NCBI GenBank assembly: GCA_964016885.1
Contig: OZ024753.1
Coordinates: 30,256,001-30,320,000 of the forward strand
DNA from: Eledone cirrhosa
Lineage: Eukaryota
Length of the DNA: 64,000 bases
Direction of reading: 5' to 3'
A program made the position numbers and the translations under genes. This document shows positions 25,383 through 37,012 of this stretch, one piece after another. Within the stretch, counting starts at the first letter, position 1; each line of letters starts with the position of its first letter. The notes under the pieces are model-generated. The model was not told the origin of the DNA and made no database searches. It saw only the letters and a list, made by a program, of their open reading frames with translations.

Positions 25383-26948
25383 ATGATTTACAGTTAGATG
25401 CCCTTCCTGACATTAACCCTTCTAGCCATATTTTGCAACACATGAGGATATGGTATACTTATTCTAAACCAGATACACATGGTCAATCATACATGGTGAA
25501 GAAAGGAAAGATACCAATTATCAGATTGGACCAAGGAAACTATGCTTCTGTTGGTCTTTTAATTGCTGATACTATCTGCTGGTCACAACTCCTGGCCGAA
25601 ATATGGTGAAGAGATCTAGGTTAATGGTTGGTAAAAACAATGGCTAGTTTTTGAAAGCAATATAGCAGTTGCATTGAACCCATAACAGTAGCAATATTGA
25701 ATCTAGGAGTTTTATATGTTGGAACCTAGATTATATTAATAATAATTGGGGGAAGATTATCATCAAACTAGGGTTTTTTTAAAAATCTTTTTATTTTTGT
25801 CTTGTGTATTCCGATAATTAGATTAATAAAGTCTTAGGTTAACTTTCATTTTTTAAAGTTAAATTCATCTTCTGTGACATAATAAACTGATATTTGGATT
25901 AATTATTTTATCTCATATTAAAGGAGCTTAATTTTAATATCCTTGACACTCTTTCAGTCCTTGAACTTAAAAAAAAAAATCGATTCTTGCATGCATGTTA
26001 TATATATATATATATATATATTAGATATTTATTTCTTCAATTTTTGTCAATAATTTTATCTAAATAAAACATTTAATTAAACGTCTAATTAGTTATAGCT
26101 CACCTCATGGAGTGTCTATCTTAGTTCTTAGTTTGTCCAGTAGGAGGATTAGGTCTTAATCCTTTTGATTGTTAACACTGAATATAGTTTATAGTCAGAT
26201 GCAGTTGTTATAATTTATCAGTTCACTTACAGTGGACTTACATTGCATGTGTGTGTAATCTTTACTTTAGAATACGACTTGGTTTTATTTACAACATCAC
26301 ACAATAGATGTCAGATGCTACAATTGTAGCTTTTTCACCTGTTGCTCCTCCTCCGGTTGTATTTTATTGCCAGTACTCTTAATATATATACAGCTAATTT
26401 GTTCTTAACATTTCATTACCCATCTACTTACATCCCACGGAAAATATACCTGTTGATTTAGTCCTGCAATTTATTTGCTGAATAAAATTCATTCTGCTGA
26501 CAACTAACAAATGAATGAAGAGAAAGGAAAAGAGCTAGAGAGAGAGAGAGAAAAAATACATCTGGTTGTGAAAATATATGAAGGCTGACCTGTCGGAACA
26601 GAGCTAACATTTCTGAAAGCTTTTTCAGGATCTATTGGTTCTAATACTTGTTTATTTTTCCCTGCCAGGGTTTTTCAGCCTCTGCCAACCTAGCTATTGA
26701 CTTTATTCACCCTTAAAGAAAGACGCCTGACACTTCAGAGGAGCTGGTGGTTAATAATAAATATAACAACAAAAAAATCCCCAATAATTGTTTGTGTTTG
26801 TCTAGACTTCATGCCACATAGTCCAGCACAATGAAGAAAGGAAAAGACTCTAGTCTGAAATCTTGTTTACTCAATGAAGTTTCATGGCTGCTATATAATT
26901 GTGTGAATTATCATGTGGAATGCCTTATGCAGTAAACATAAATCCAAA

Positions 26949-26986
26949 ATGTGTATCAATTGTTTTAGAAATACCAACAAAAAACG
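26949..26986 (+). other. Candidate first coding exon (MCINCFRNTNKKR, phase 2)
   Basis: AAAATG start; donor CG|GTAAGA at 26987; upstream unique island with (GA)n at ~26538. Confidence 0.4.
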
Positions 26987-27505
26987 GTAAGATTTTATAG
27001 AAAACTATTGCCTTTTAAAATTTCCTATACATATATTAATTCTGTTCTTATATTTAAAAATATATCTACATGTTGTTCAGTCCTCATCTCATAGTATTTT
27101 CACTGGGGGCTTTGCTGCAGAGAAAATGAATCACTTAGCCAAGGGACTCTGCTCTTTTGGAAATTAATTGAAAATATTACAATATATTCCTGGTATATAA
27201 CAATTTGTTGATAATATATATAAATCCCCATTAAAAATAGATATGAAATTTCTTATGATATTATTATTTGAATATGTTAGCTTTTGATAGCAGAAGCTAT
27301 ATTTCTGCTCCCTTTTCTGATCTCACAAATTCAAAATATGTTTTATCATTAATACATTAAAGATAATTATTTTTCTTGTATTCTTTTTAAATAATTAATA
27401 TGCATATCGTTATAATTAATTTTTTACTTTTTTTTTTATTTTTTTTTTTTTGTTAAAGCATTTTCTTTAAATAGTATTCCGCATTATATTTTTATTATCT
27501 AAAAA

Positions 27506-27549
27506 AATATTTACCTGCCTATTCATTTCAGAATAGGCAGGTAAATATT
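27506..27549. repeat. Perfect 19-bp inverted repeat with 6-nt loop
   Basis: AATATTTACCTGCCTATTC-ATTTCA-GAATAGGCAGGTAAATATT. Confidence 0.95.
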
Positions 27550-27561
27550 ATAGTGTAACTT

Positions 27562-27670
27562 ATAATTGTTTCTACTTTTGGCACAAGGCCAGCAATTTCC
27601 CTAGTGCATTACTGGTACTTTATTTTATCGACCCCGTAAGGTTGAAAGGCAAAGTTAACCTCAGCGGGAT
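27562..27670 (-). mobile_element. Meta-like SINE, 5'-truncated
   Basis: Reverse complement of the SINE core and tail. Confidence 0.85.
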
Positions 27671-28153
27671 AAACTAGCAGTTCTGTATTAATTAAATTCC
27701 AAAACTCGTAATATGAAATATGAATTTCCAAAATTTCAAAGTTTAAGCATTAGACATTTCATTAAATTTCATCTGGCCAACACTTGCAAGCTTGGAAAAG
27801 TGGATATGAAATGATGATGACGATGATGCTGATGATAAACTTCTTGTTCTGTTATTGAAATAGTTGTTTGGGTTAAATTTCATTAAATTCTTAAAAAGGC
27901 TGAAATAAAATTTCATTAAATTCTTAAAATGGTTGAAATAAGATTTGAAAGAGAAATATTGGTTTCTTCAGATCAGGCATATGTTTAATTTCTGTAGTGG
28001 TGGATCATAACTAATTGAATCAACTTCAATATAGGACTGGTATTATCAGCTTTATAGAAATAAAAGGAAAAGTCTGATGTTCTAATGTTTTTACTATTTT
28101 ATCACAGAAAAATAGTAACCCCTTTGTTACCATGTTTCTAATGTTTAGGATTT

Positions 28154-28340
28154 TTAACCCTTTACCATTTACATTACTCTATATATACTATTGTATTTTC
28201 ACAGAAAAGGCTTTATCTCACATAATATCTCATATTGACTCTACGAGATTTTGATATTAATTATTTTGAGAACAATACCTTAACATCAGTATGATGTTAG
28301 GACTGGTTTGAACAGAAAGAGGTGAGAGAATTCTAGTTGG
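28154..28340 (+). mobile_element. MITE family A, cut by a LINE
   Basis: TTAACCCTTTACCATTTACATTAC...GGTGAGAGAATTCTAG. Confidence 0.85.
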
Positions 28341-28878
28341 ATCTTGGTTGTTCATCGTAAACGATGATGACATCTTCTTTATTGTTGTTCCCGTCATGGG
28401 CATGAAGGTGGCTGTGGAGGCCAATCCTTGACTTGCACGTCCGGGGACAGTGAAGGCAGGGGAAGAGACCGGAGTCGCTTGGGGCAGCTGTTGATGCCTA
28501 TCTCCTCCTTTCATGGGCCTCAGTGACCTCTGCCCATCTCTTCTCTTCAAAAGAGTCTTTGGCACGTCTGGTAAGGGCTCACCACTCAATCCTGTCCTGA
28601 GCATGGGACTCGAGTTGTTTTGGGGCGATTCCAGTGTTGTTGATGCTGGACTTCACACAGTCCTTGAACCTCTTGTGATGCCTGCCCTGCTTTCGTTTCC
28701 CCGAACAGAGTTCCCCATACATCAGTTGCTTTGGAAACCTATGATGGTCCATCCGGATGACATGTCCCACCCATCAAAGTCGGCTCTTTAGTACCATAGC
28801 TTCGACACTGGTTGTCTCAGCCATGTCAAGAACTTCAAGGTTGGAGACCTTATCCTGCTGCTATTTGATGTTCATTTA
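28341..28878 (-). pseudogene. RTE/BovB-type LINE 3' fragment with C-terminal zinc motif
   Basis: GHVIRMDHHRFPKQLMYGELCSGKRKQGRHHKRFKDCVK and CPRTCKSRIGLHSH. Confidence 0.85.
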
Positions 28879-29412
28879 TTGACGGTGTCTAATAAACTAT
28901 TTTTAGTTTCTACTATTTTTAATATTCCATCATTAGTTTGTGTTCTATCCCTGCTATTCTCAAACGTCTTCTCTTTAGCCGTATCTCAAAGGTTTTTAAT
29001 TTATTTGACGATACTTTTGTCAATGTCCATGTTTCAACTCCATGTAGTAGAGTCGGCCATACATAACATTTTTTATAAAATTTTGTTTACTAAACAAAAT
29101 TTTAATGTAAATGAAATGATACAGTATAAACAAAATTTGTGACAAAAAAGAGAAATGGGCCATTTATTATATGCCTGATAAAAAATAGTTTGTTCTTGTT
29201 TTAGAATATTATAAATTTTGAATATATTTTGTATCCATCTATTATATAAATATACATAGTCTAGATATTCAATATTTGCTCTATACTGTTAACACAAGAG
29301 AAACATCTTGCTGACAGCAGATACTTTAGAATAGTATCAGTATTAATTAGGTTTTATTAGAAACACATTAACTCTTCAGCTATCTGTTAGAAGAATTGTT
29401 TTTATTTTATAT

Positions 29413-29630
29413 TTAACCCTTTAGCATTTAAACCGGCCACATTAGGCCAGAATTCTGTGACCTCTTTTTCTTCAAACCAGCCACTCATACTGATGTTAAG
29501 GTATTGTTCTCTAAATAAATATATCAAAATCTCATAGATTCGATATTCTGTAAGATAATTTTATGAGGTAAAGACTTTACCATGAAAATATAATAGTAAA
29601 TATAGAGTAATGTAAATGCTAAAAGGTTAA
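29413..29630 (-). mobile_element. MITE family A, complete
   Basis: TTAA at both ends; TIR CCCTTTAGCATTTA. Confidence 0.92.
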
Positions 29631-30034
29631 ATCCATTCAACTCCATACCATCATTATCCCCACCACAAATATCATCACCATCATCATCATCACTACCATC
29701 ACCACCAACCAACACCATCTTCACTATCACCACCACGATCATCACCACCGCCATCATCTCCACCAACACCACCATCACCATCATATGTCCATTTTTCCAT
29801 GCTTACATATGTTGGACAGGCCATTTCTCGCACAGCAACTTTCCACCATTCACTGCGATCCTTTGTCATTTCCTTTGTGAGGTCCAGTATTTGGAGATCA
29901 GCTAAAATACTTGAATTTTTAATGTGATGGTGCTTTAGTGCTCTTGAACTTTTAAAGAATGTGTTGCTAATGTGGTTTCATGTGGTACAGGATGTGACTG
30001 AGTTAAGTCAGTGTTCAGATATGATCTTTCTGTG

Positions 30035-30250
30035 TTAACCCGTTAGCATTTACATTACTCCATATATACTATTGAATTTTCGCAGTAAAGGCTTTATCTC
30101 GCATAATATCAAAGCTATGAGATTTTGATATTATTTATTTTGAGAACAATACCTTAACATCAGTATGAGTGGCTAGTTACAGCTGGTTTGAACAGAAAGA
30201 GGTGAGAGAATTCTGGCCAGATACAACCAGTTTAAATGCTAAAGGGTTAA
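30035..30250 (+). mobile_element. MITE family A, complete (reference copy)
   Basis: TTAA-CCCGTTAGCATTTA ... TAAATGCTAAAGGG-TTAA. Confidence 0.92.
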
Positions 30251-30616
30251 AGCCCCAATAATTCTATGTACCATCCAATAGAGATGTCTCTGAGAGTCTT
30301 TACATCAGAAAACTGGAGGAAGCTCTTTGTGTATTATCTGTCCTAGATTGTTTCTTTCTTTCTTCACGTTGAAAGAATAAAAAAGTAAAGTTGACAGAGA
30401 GCACAAAGAACTGAAATAAATACTGCTAGGTATTATTTTATCCTCCTCTCTAATGCTTCTGCCAATCCACGTCATCTAGAATGTAGTTTCGCAATAGCAA
30501 CAGATGTTAAAGAAATACAATCTCTAACTATATTGATTTTTGTTTTTCATTTTTTTTTTCATTTTTTTTTTTTTTTTCATTTCGTTTTGATAAGGCATCT
30601 TAACTCAAACAAAAGT

Positions 30617-32262
30617 TTAACCCTTTAACATTTACATTACTCTATATATACTATTATATTTTCACAGTAAAGGCTTTATCTCACTTAATATCGAATCTAT
30701 GAGATTTTTATATTTATTTTGAGAACAATACCTTAACATAAGTATGAGTGGCCAGTTATGGCTGATTTGAACTGAAAGAGGTGAGAGAATTCTGGCCAGA
30801 TACAACCAGTTTGAACAGAGAGAGGTTAGAGAATTCTGGCCAGATACAGCTGGTTTGAACAGAAAGAGGTGAGAGAATTCTGGCCAGATACAGCTGGTTT
30901 GAACAGAAAGAGGTGAGAGAATTCTGGCCAGATACAACCAGTTTGAACAGAAAGAGGTTAGAGAATTCTGGCCAAATACATCCGATTTGAACAGAAAGAG
31001 GTGAGAGAATTCTGGCCAGATACAGCCGGTTTGAACAGAAAGAGGTGAGAGAATTCTGGCTAGATACAGCCGGTTTGAACAGAAAGAGGTGAGAGAATTC
31101 TGGCCAGATACAGCCGGTTTGAACAGAAAGTGGTGAGAGAATTCTGGCCAGATACAGCCGGTTTGAACAGAAAGAGGTTAGAGAATTCTGGCCAGATACA
31201 GCCGGTTTGAACAGAAAGTGGTGAGAGAATTCTGGCCAGGTACAACCGGTTTGAACAGAAAGAGGTGAGAGAATTCTGGCCAGGTACAACCGGTTTGAAC
31301 AGAAAGAGGTGAGAGAATTCTGGCCAGATACAGCCGGTTTGAACAGAAAGAGGTGAGAGAATTCTGGCCAGATACAGCCGGTTTGAACAGAAAGTGGTGA
31401 GAGAATTCTGGCCAGGTACAACCGGTTTGAACAGAAAGAGGTGAGAGAATTCTGGCCAGGTACAACCGGTTTGAACAGAAAGAGGTGAGAGAATTCTGGC
31501 CAGATACAGCCGGTTTGAACAGAAAGAGGTGAGAGAATTCTGGCCAGATACAGCCGGTTTGAACTGAAAGTGGTGAGAGAATTCTGGCCAGATACAGCCG
31601 GTTTGAACAGAAAGAGGTTAGAGAATTCTGGCCAGATACAGCCGGTTTGAACAGAAAGTGGTGAGAGAATTCTGGCCAGGTACAACCGGTTTGAACAGAA
31701 AGAGGTAAGAGAATTCTGGCCAGATACAGCCGGTTTGAACAGAAAGAGGTGAGAGAATTCTGGCCAGATACAGCCGGTTTGAACAGAAAATGGTGAGAGA
31801 ATTCTGGCCAGATACAGCCGGTTTGAACAGAAAGAGGTTAGAGAATTCTGGCCAGATACAGCCGGTTTGAACAGAAAGTGGTGAGAGAATTCTGGCCAGG
31901 TACAACCGGTTTGAACAGAAAGAGGTGAGAGAATTCTGGCCAGGTACAACCGGTTTGAACAGAAAGAGGTGAGAGAATTCTGGCCAGATACAGCTGGTTT
32001 GAACAGAAAGAGGTGAGAGAATTCTGGCCAGATACAGCCGGTTTGAACAGAAAGAGGTGAGAGAATTCTGGCCAGGTACAACCGGTTTGAACAGAAAGAG
32101 GTGAGAGAATTCTGGCCAGATACAGCCGGTTTGAACAGAAAGAGGTGAGAGAATTCTGGCCAGATACAGCCGGTTTGAACAGAAAGAGGTGAGAGAATTC
32201 TGGCCAGATACAAGTTTAAATGATACAACCAGATACAACCAGTTTAAATGCTAAAGGGTTAA
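30617..32262 (+). mobile_element. MITE family A enlarged by an internal 44-bp tandem array
   Basis: Both TIRs and TTAA intact; ~33 copies of GAGAATTCTGGCCAGATACAGCCGGTTTGAACAGAAAGAGGTGA at ~30762-32215. Confidence 0.95.
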
Positions 32263-32507
32263 TACGGAAAACAATCACCTCTGCTGTTTATTGTTTGTTA
32301 GTTACTGAAATTGTTATTCTTAACACTTTGACTATTTCATTATAATAGCCATGTTTTAGGTGATGTTATTGTGATAACGTTTCATTCAATGAAAGGTGTT
32401 TTAGTGTGTGTAACCAAACTATTCTACTCACATTACAATATAAATATTTATGACCTCCACTCTCAATGTTTTTAATTTAATACAGTTTCGTCAGAGAATT
32501 TTCTATT

Positions 32508-32535
<28 letters not shown>

Positions 32536-32544
<9 letters not shown>

Positions 32545-32940
32545 ACGAAAAATCAGTGATGCATCTGGACTCAGTTTATTGCGTGTTACAATTGTTTCGC
32601 TGGCAGGTAGCTTGAGACATGATCACTGTATGGATCTGGCTGATTCTACGGCTGCAGGTTCCTTTGGACAGGAGAAAATTTTCTCCAAACGAACTACCCG
32701 TGTCCGAACGAACTACCCGTGTCCGAAGGAACCTGCAGCCGTAGAATCAGCCAGATCCATACAGTGATCATGTCTCGAGCTACCTGCTGGCGAAACAATT
32801 GTAACACGCAATAAACTGAGTCCAGATGCATCACTGATTTTTCGTTTTTTTATACTATCCACACTCTACTCTGTATGAATATTGAGTGCTAATTTTGGCA
32901 TACCGCCTATGGAAGCACCATAGCTACCATTATACACAAG
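32536..32940 (+). mobile_element. Fold-back element 1 (135-bp arms plus tail), Penelope pLTR-like
   Basis: Arms 32536-32670 and 32720-32854; AATAAA at 32810; flanked by (TA)n. The class is inferred. Confidence 0.65.
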
Positions 32941-33028
32941 TATATATATATAAAAAAATAATTAGAGTATATGTTTTGATTTATCACCGACACTTTAGTA
33001 TGCAGAGAGAGCATTCAACGAAGTACAC

Positions 33029-33077
<49 letters not shown>

Positions 33078-33171
33078 AGTGATGTGTTCATGTGGAGATG
33101 CTATCAAATAAGGGGAAAACCTGATGCTATCAAATAAGGGGAAAACCTGAAAGATAGAAAAAGTAGAAAAA

Positions 33172-33246
33172 GGAGTTGCCGATGGCTGCTATGAGGAATC
33201 AAACCACATATCTCCTAGATACCGGTTAGCCACTTTTAACCATTGT
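33172..33246 (-). mobile_element. tRNA-derived element fragment
   Basis: Minus strand CAATGGTTAAAAG...GGTTTGATTCC...TAGCAGCCA; the 5' acceptor strand is missing. Confidence 0.5.
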
Positions 33247-33254
33247 ATACATAC

Positions 33255-33287
<33 letters not shown>

Positions 33288-33288
<1 letters not shown>

Positions 33289-33961
33289 CGTTTCTGAATT
33301 TGTTTAGCAAGATTCTTTATCTGAAATCGTGTGTTGAAACCGATATTGTTATACTTTGGGAGGGTCATGTTGCCAATAAGAAACACACGCACCAGTTGCT
33401 TTCACTTCAATTTATTATACATTTATAAATTTCTGGTTGGTTGGTTGGTTGGTTCCACAACCAGATAGTTGTTTATATATAGTCTTAGAATTACAACCAA
33501 AATTAAATAGAAAATATGAGTGGAACAGCAACATCACAACTTACAATTAAGGACAAAATGAAAACACACACACACATAGAACAAACAACCAACCAGTAAC
33601 ATGTAAATAAATAAATAAATAAATAAACAAATAGATAAATGAACATAAACACACACAGACACCCGGATGTGGCGCATGCGCAGACTGAGCACACAACACA
33701 CACACAGAAACAAAATGGCGTAGGACAGAACAAAGGAGAGGCACAGAAACAAAGAAAGGAATCCCCAGTCACTGAAGAGGTCACAGAGTGTGTGACGAAA
33801 GGACTATGACTATATATAAACAACTATCTGGTTGTGGAACCAACCAACCAACCAGAAATTTATAAATTTATAAATTTGTAAATTTGTAAATGTATAATAA
33901 ATTGAAGTGAAAGCAACTGGTGCGTGTGTTTCTTATTGGCAACATGACCCTCCCAAAGTAT

Positions 33962-33969
<8 letters not shown>
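33288..33969 (+). mobile_element. Fold-back element 2, Penelope pLTR-like
   Basis: Inverted arms 33343-33484 and 33808-33969; AATAAA at 33896; (TA)n flanks; hammerhead motif. Confidence 0.72.
33767..33811 (+). ncRNA. Minimal type I hammerhead ribozyme motif
   Basis: AGUCA-CUGAAGA-G-GUCACA(GAGUG)UGUGAC-GAAA-G(GA)C-UA-UGACU: stem I, core, stem II and minimal stem III with a CUA site; one extra G before stem II. Confidence 0.7.
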
Positions 33970-34010
<41 letters not shown>

Positions 34011-34619
34011 GTGTGTGTGTGTGTGTGTGATGGAATCACCCAGTACCCGAAATAAGGTAGACATTAGGTAGGGCATCCAGCTGTAGAAACCAAACCAAAA
34101 CCAGTTCTGTAAGAACAAGACATGCTCATCTGACCTGGTATTGCCCACGACGGGACAGCTCATCTAACCCATGCTAGTGTAGAAGAATGGATGTTAAACG
34201 GTGGTGATGTTGACGTAACAGCTCAGATACTTCACCATTTTTCAGAAAACTACACATAAATCAAAGATCCAATGGAATTGTTTATTTTCCTCCTGAAAGG
34301 TTTTAATCTAACATCTCTTTATTTTTCCCTGGAAAAAAAAGTTATTTTTGGCATGACCATTTAGTTCATGGTGATTATCATAATAAAATGTACATGGTTG
34401 AATAGATAACAATTTTTAAAACACCAATAGCTATTTTGTTGTTTATGCAAAGTTTACTCAGATTTTGATTCATTTTTAATAGTTTTTCAGCAAGAGAAAA
34501 TATCAATTGAGTTTTGATGGCAATTTTATCTTAGAAAAAAAACAAAAATTGAGTTGATCATTGCTCTTCCTCTCTGTTAAATCTACAGAATCTAGCTATA
34601 GATAATTCACATGCTACAG

Positions 34620-35293
34620 ATGGTAGACAATGTTTGGCTATTCCACTGGCTACAGAGAAATGATAGACTATGTCTGGCTCTTCCACTTGACACAGACGTA
34701 TGGTAGACCATATGTAGCTACTCCACTTGACACATGTATAGTAGACCATATGTAGCTACTCCACTGGACATAGATGTATGGTAGACCATATGTAGTTACT
34801 CCACTGGACACAGACATATGGTAGACCATATCTAGCTACTCCACTGGACACAGACATATGGTAGACCATATGTAGTTACTCCACTGGACACAGACATATG
34901 GTAGACCATATCTAGCTACTCCACTGGACACAGACATATGGTAGACCATATGTAGCTACTTCACTGGACACAGACATATGGTAGACCATATGTAGCTACT
35001 CCACTGGACACAGGCATATGGTAGACCATATGTAGCTTCTCCGTTGGACACAGATGTATGGTAGACCATATGTAGCTACTTCACTGGACACAGATGTATG
35101 GTAGACCATATGTAGCTACTCCACTGGACACAGATGTATGGTAGACCATATGTAGCTACTCCACTGGACACAGGCGTATGGTAGACCATATGTAGCTTCT
35201 CCGTTGGACACAGATGTATGGTAGACCATATGTAGCTACTCCACTGGACACAGACAGAAGGAAGACTGTGTAGCTACTCCACTGGACACAGAC
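34620..35293. repeat. 40-bp minisatellite (~16 copies)
   Basis: Unit GTAGACCATATGTAGCTACTCCACTGGACACAGACATATG. Confidence 0.94.
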
Positions 35294-35646
35294 AAATCTG
35301 GAATGGTCATGTTTGAAATGATCATGGGTCTGCTTAATCAAGGCTGACCTAGGGTTAAATAACAGCAGGAAGCATTCATTAACTCATTAGCTGATCAGAT
35401 GGAATATGATGTTACCAAAAGTAATTAATCAGTTATTACAGCAGTAATGAGATTTTTGCAAAAAATTGATCTAAATTTTTAGCCGCAAACATCTAAAAAT
35501 AATAGAGATTGAAACAGACAGTGTCAAATAAGATTCTCATTCTAACGAATGAATGAATGTCATTATATGAATTTGAACATTCCACATATCAAGACGATTT
35601 TTTTTTCTTGTATGGGGAAAAAAGAATCTTATGCAACACATAGAAA

Positions 35647-35814
35647 CATAATTTGTCATAAAAAGACAGGAATATGGAAAGCTAGAAATAATTGTGAAAT
35701 ATAAATGTTATTTAAGGTAGCCAATTCCTCATAATTTGTCATAAAAAGACAGGAATATGGAAAGCTAGAAATAATTGTGAAATATAAATGTTATTTAAGG
35801 TAGCCAATTCCTCA
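35647..35814. repeat. Perfect 83-bp tandem duplication
   Basis: CATAATTTGTCATAAAAAGACAGG...GTAGCCAATTCCT occurs twice. Confidence 0.93.
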
Positions 35815-35959
35815 AAGCCATATCATTTTTATTCTTGAAATGTCAGCTAGTTTGGCACATGAAAGTAATATGGTTAACTTGCTTTGTTAGTTGTGTGTGT
35901 GCTCGTTATTTTAACCTTTTCATTACCATATTTCTAATAAAAGACACTGCTTTGTAGAC

Positions 35960-36925
35960 CATAAATAGGCATATGACTGCATTCCATGAAACCTAATGTG
36001 GAAGGTTCAGAAGGAGTATGGGGATCGAAGGTCAGCTTGTTGTTGCCCTGATGTCTGTATATGAATTCCTGAGTATTTGTGTTTGAATAAATGGTGCTAA
36101 ATTGAAACCATTCAATGTGAGAGTTGGACTCTGCTAAGAGTGCATACTGTTGCCTTTCCTGTTCATTATTTTCATGAACAGGATTGGCATGCACAGCTGG
36201 GTTGGAAGTGGTATCATGACTGGCATGTGTAAAATCAGTCAGCTGGAATTTACAGATGACATGGTATTACTTAACTCATCAGAAAGTGATCTCTGACTTA
36301 CCTTGATAGGTTTGATGCCAAGTGCTGCATGGCTAGAATGAAAATCAGTGCTGTGAAGGCTAACACATTTGTCCTCTCAAGGAAGCCTGCGCAGTGCACT
36401 ATACATATGAATGGAGATCCACTGAAACAGGTGGAGAAGTTTCTCAGGGTCATGTTCACAAGTGATGGAAGGCAAGAGGCTGAATTAAGTGCAAGAATTG
36501 CAGGAGCTGGTGAAGTAATGCACCAGCTTTAGCATTTGGTAATCAGAATGGAGGGTGGTGTAAAAGCCAAACTTTTTACCTTTAATTTGGTATTCGTGCC
36601 AACCCTTGCCTATGGTCATGAATCTAGGGTAATGACCAACACGATTGCGAATACAAGTGGCCGAAATGGGGTTCTTCTGAAAGGTCTTTGGAGTAATGTT
36701 ACTCGATAGGGTGCAATGTTCAGTATCAGTGAGTTGTTCCAGGTTGAGCTGCTACTTTCCACATCTAGAGACCACAGCTCCAGTACTATGGACATGTGAT
36801 TAGAATGTCTAAAGAAAGAATTGTTAGACACATTTTTGGGGGCAAAGTGAACCAGCAGGAGACCAAAATGTAGACCATGAGCAAGATTATTGGATAACAT
36901 CCATAAGCTTGGTTGGTCTTGCTTA
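35960..36925 (+). pseudogene. Decayed RTE LINE RT fragment
   Basis: AYDCIP, PFLFIIFM, EFTDDMVL (decayed YADD), MKISAVKAN...QVEKF, YYGHVIRM; stops and frameshifts. Confidence 0.82.
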
Positions 36926-37012
36926 GGTACTTCATTTATTGATTTTGGAAAGGTGAAAGGCAACAGTGAGATTTGAACTCAGAATGCGAAGAGCTGGAAT
37001 ATATACTGCAGG

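Noticed and set aside
30756-32228. 490-aa minus-strand ORF and overlapping ORFs
   Set aside because: Translation of the 44-bp MITE-derived array; the peptide cycles through all three frames every 132 bp.
33172-33246. Functional tRNA gene
   Set aside because: The 5' acceptor strand is absent and the cloverleaf incomplete; treated as a tRNA-derived repeat. The same applies to the SINE heads.
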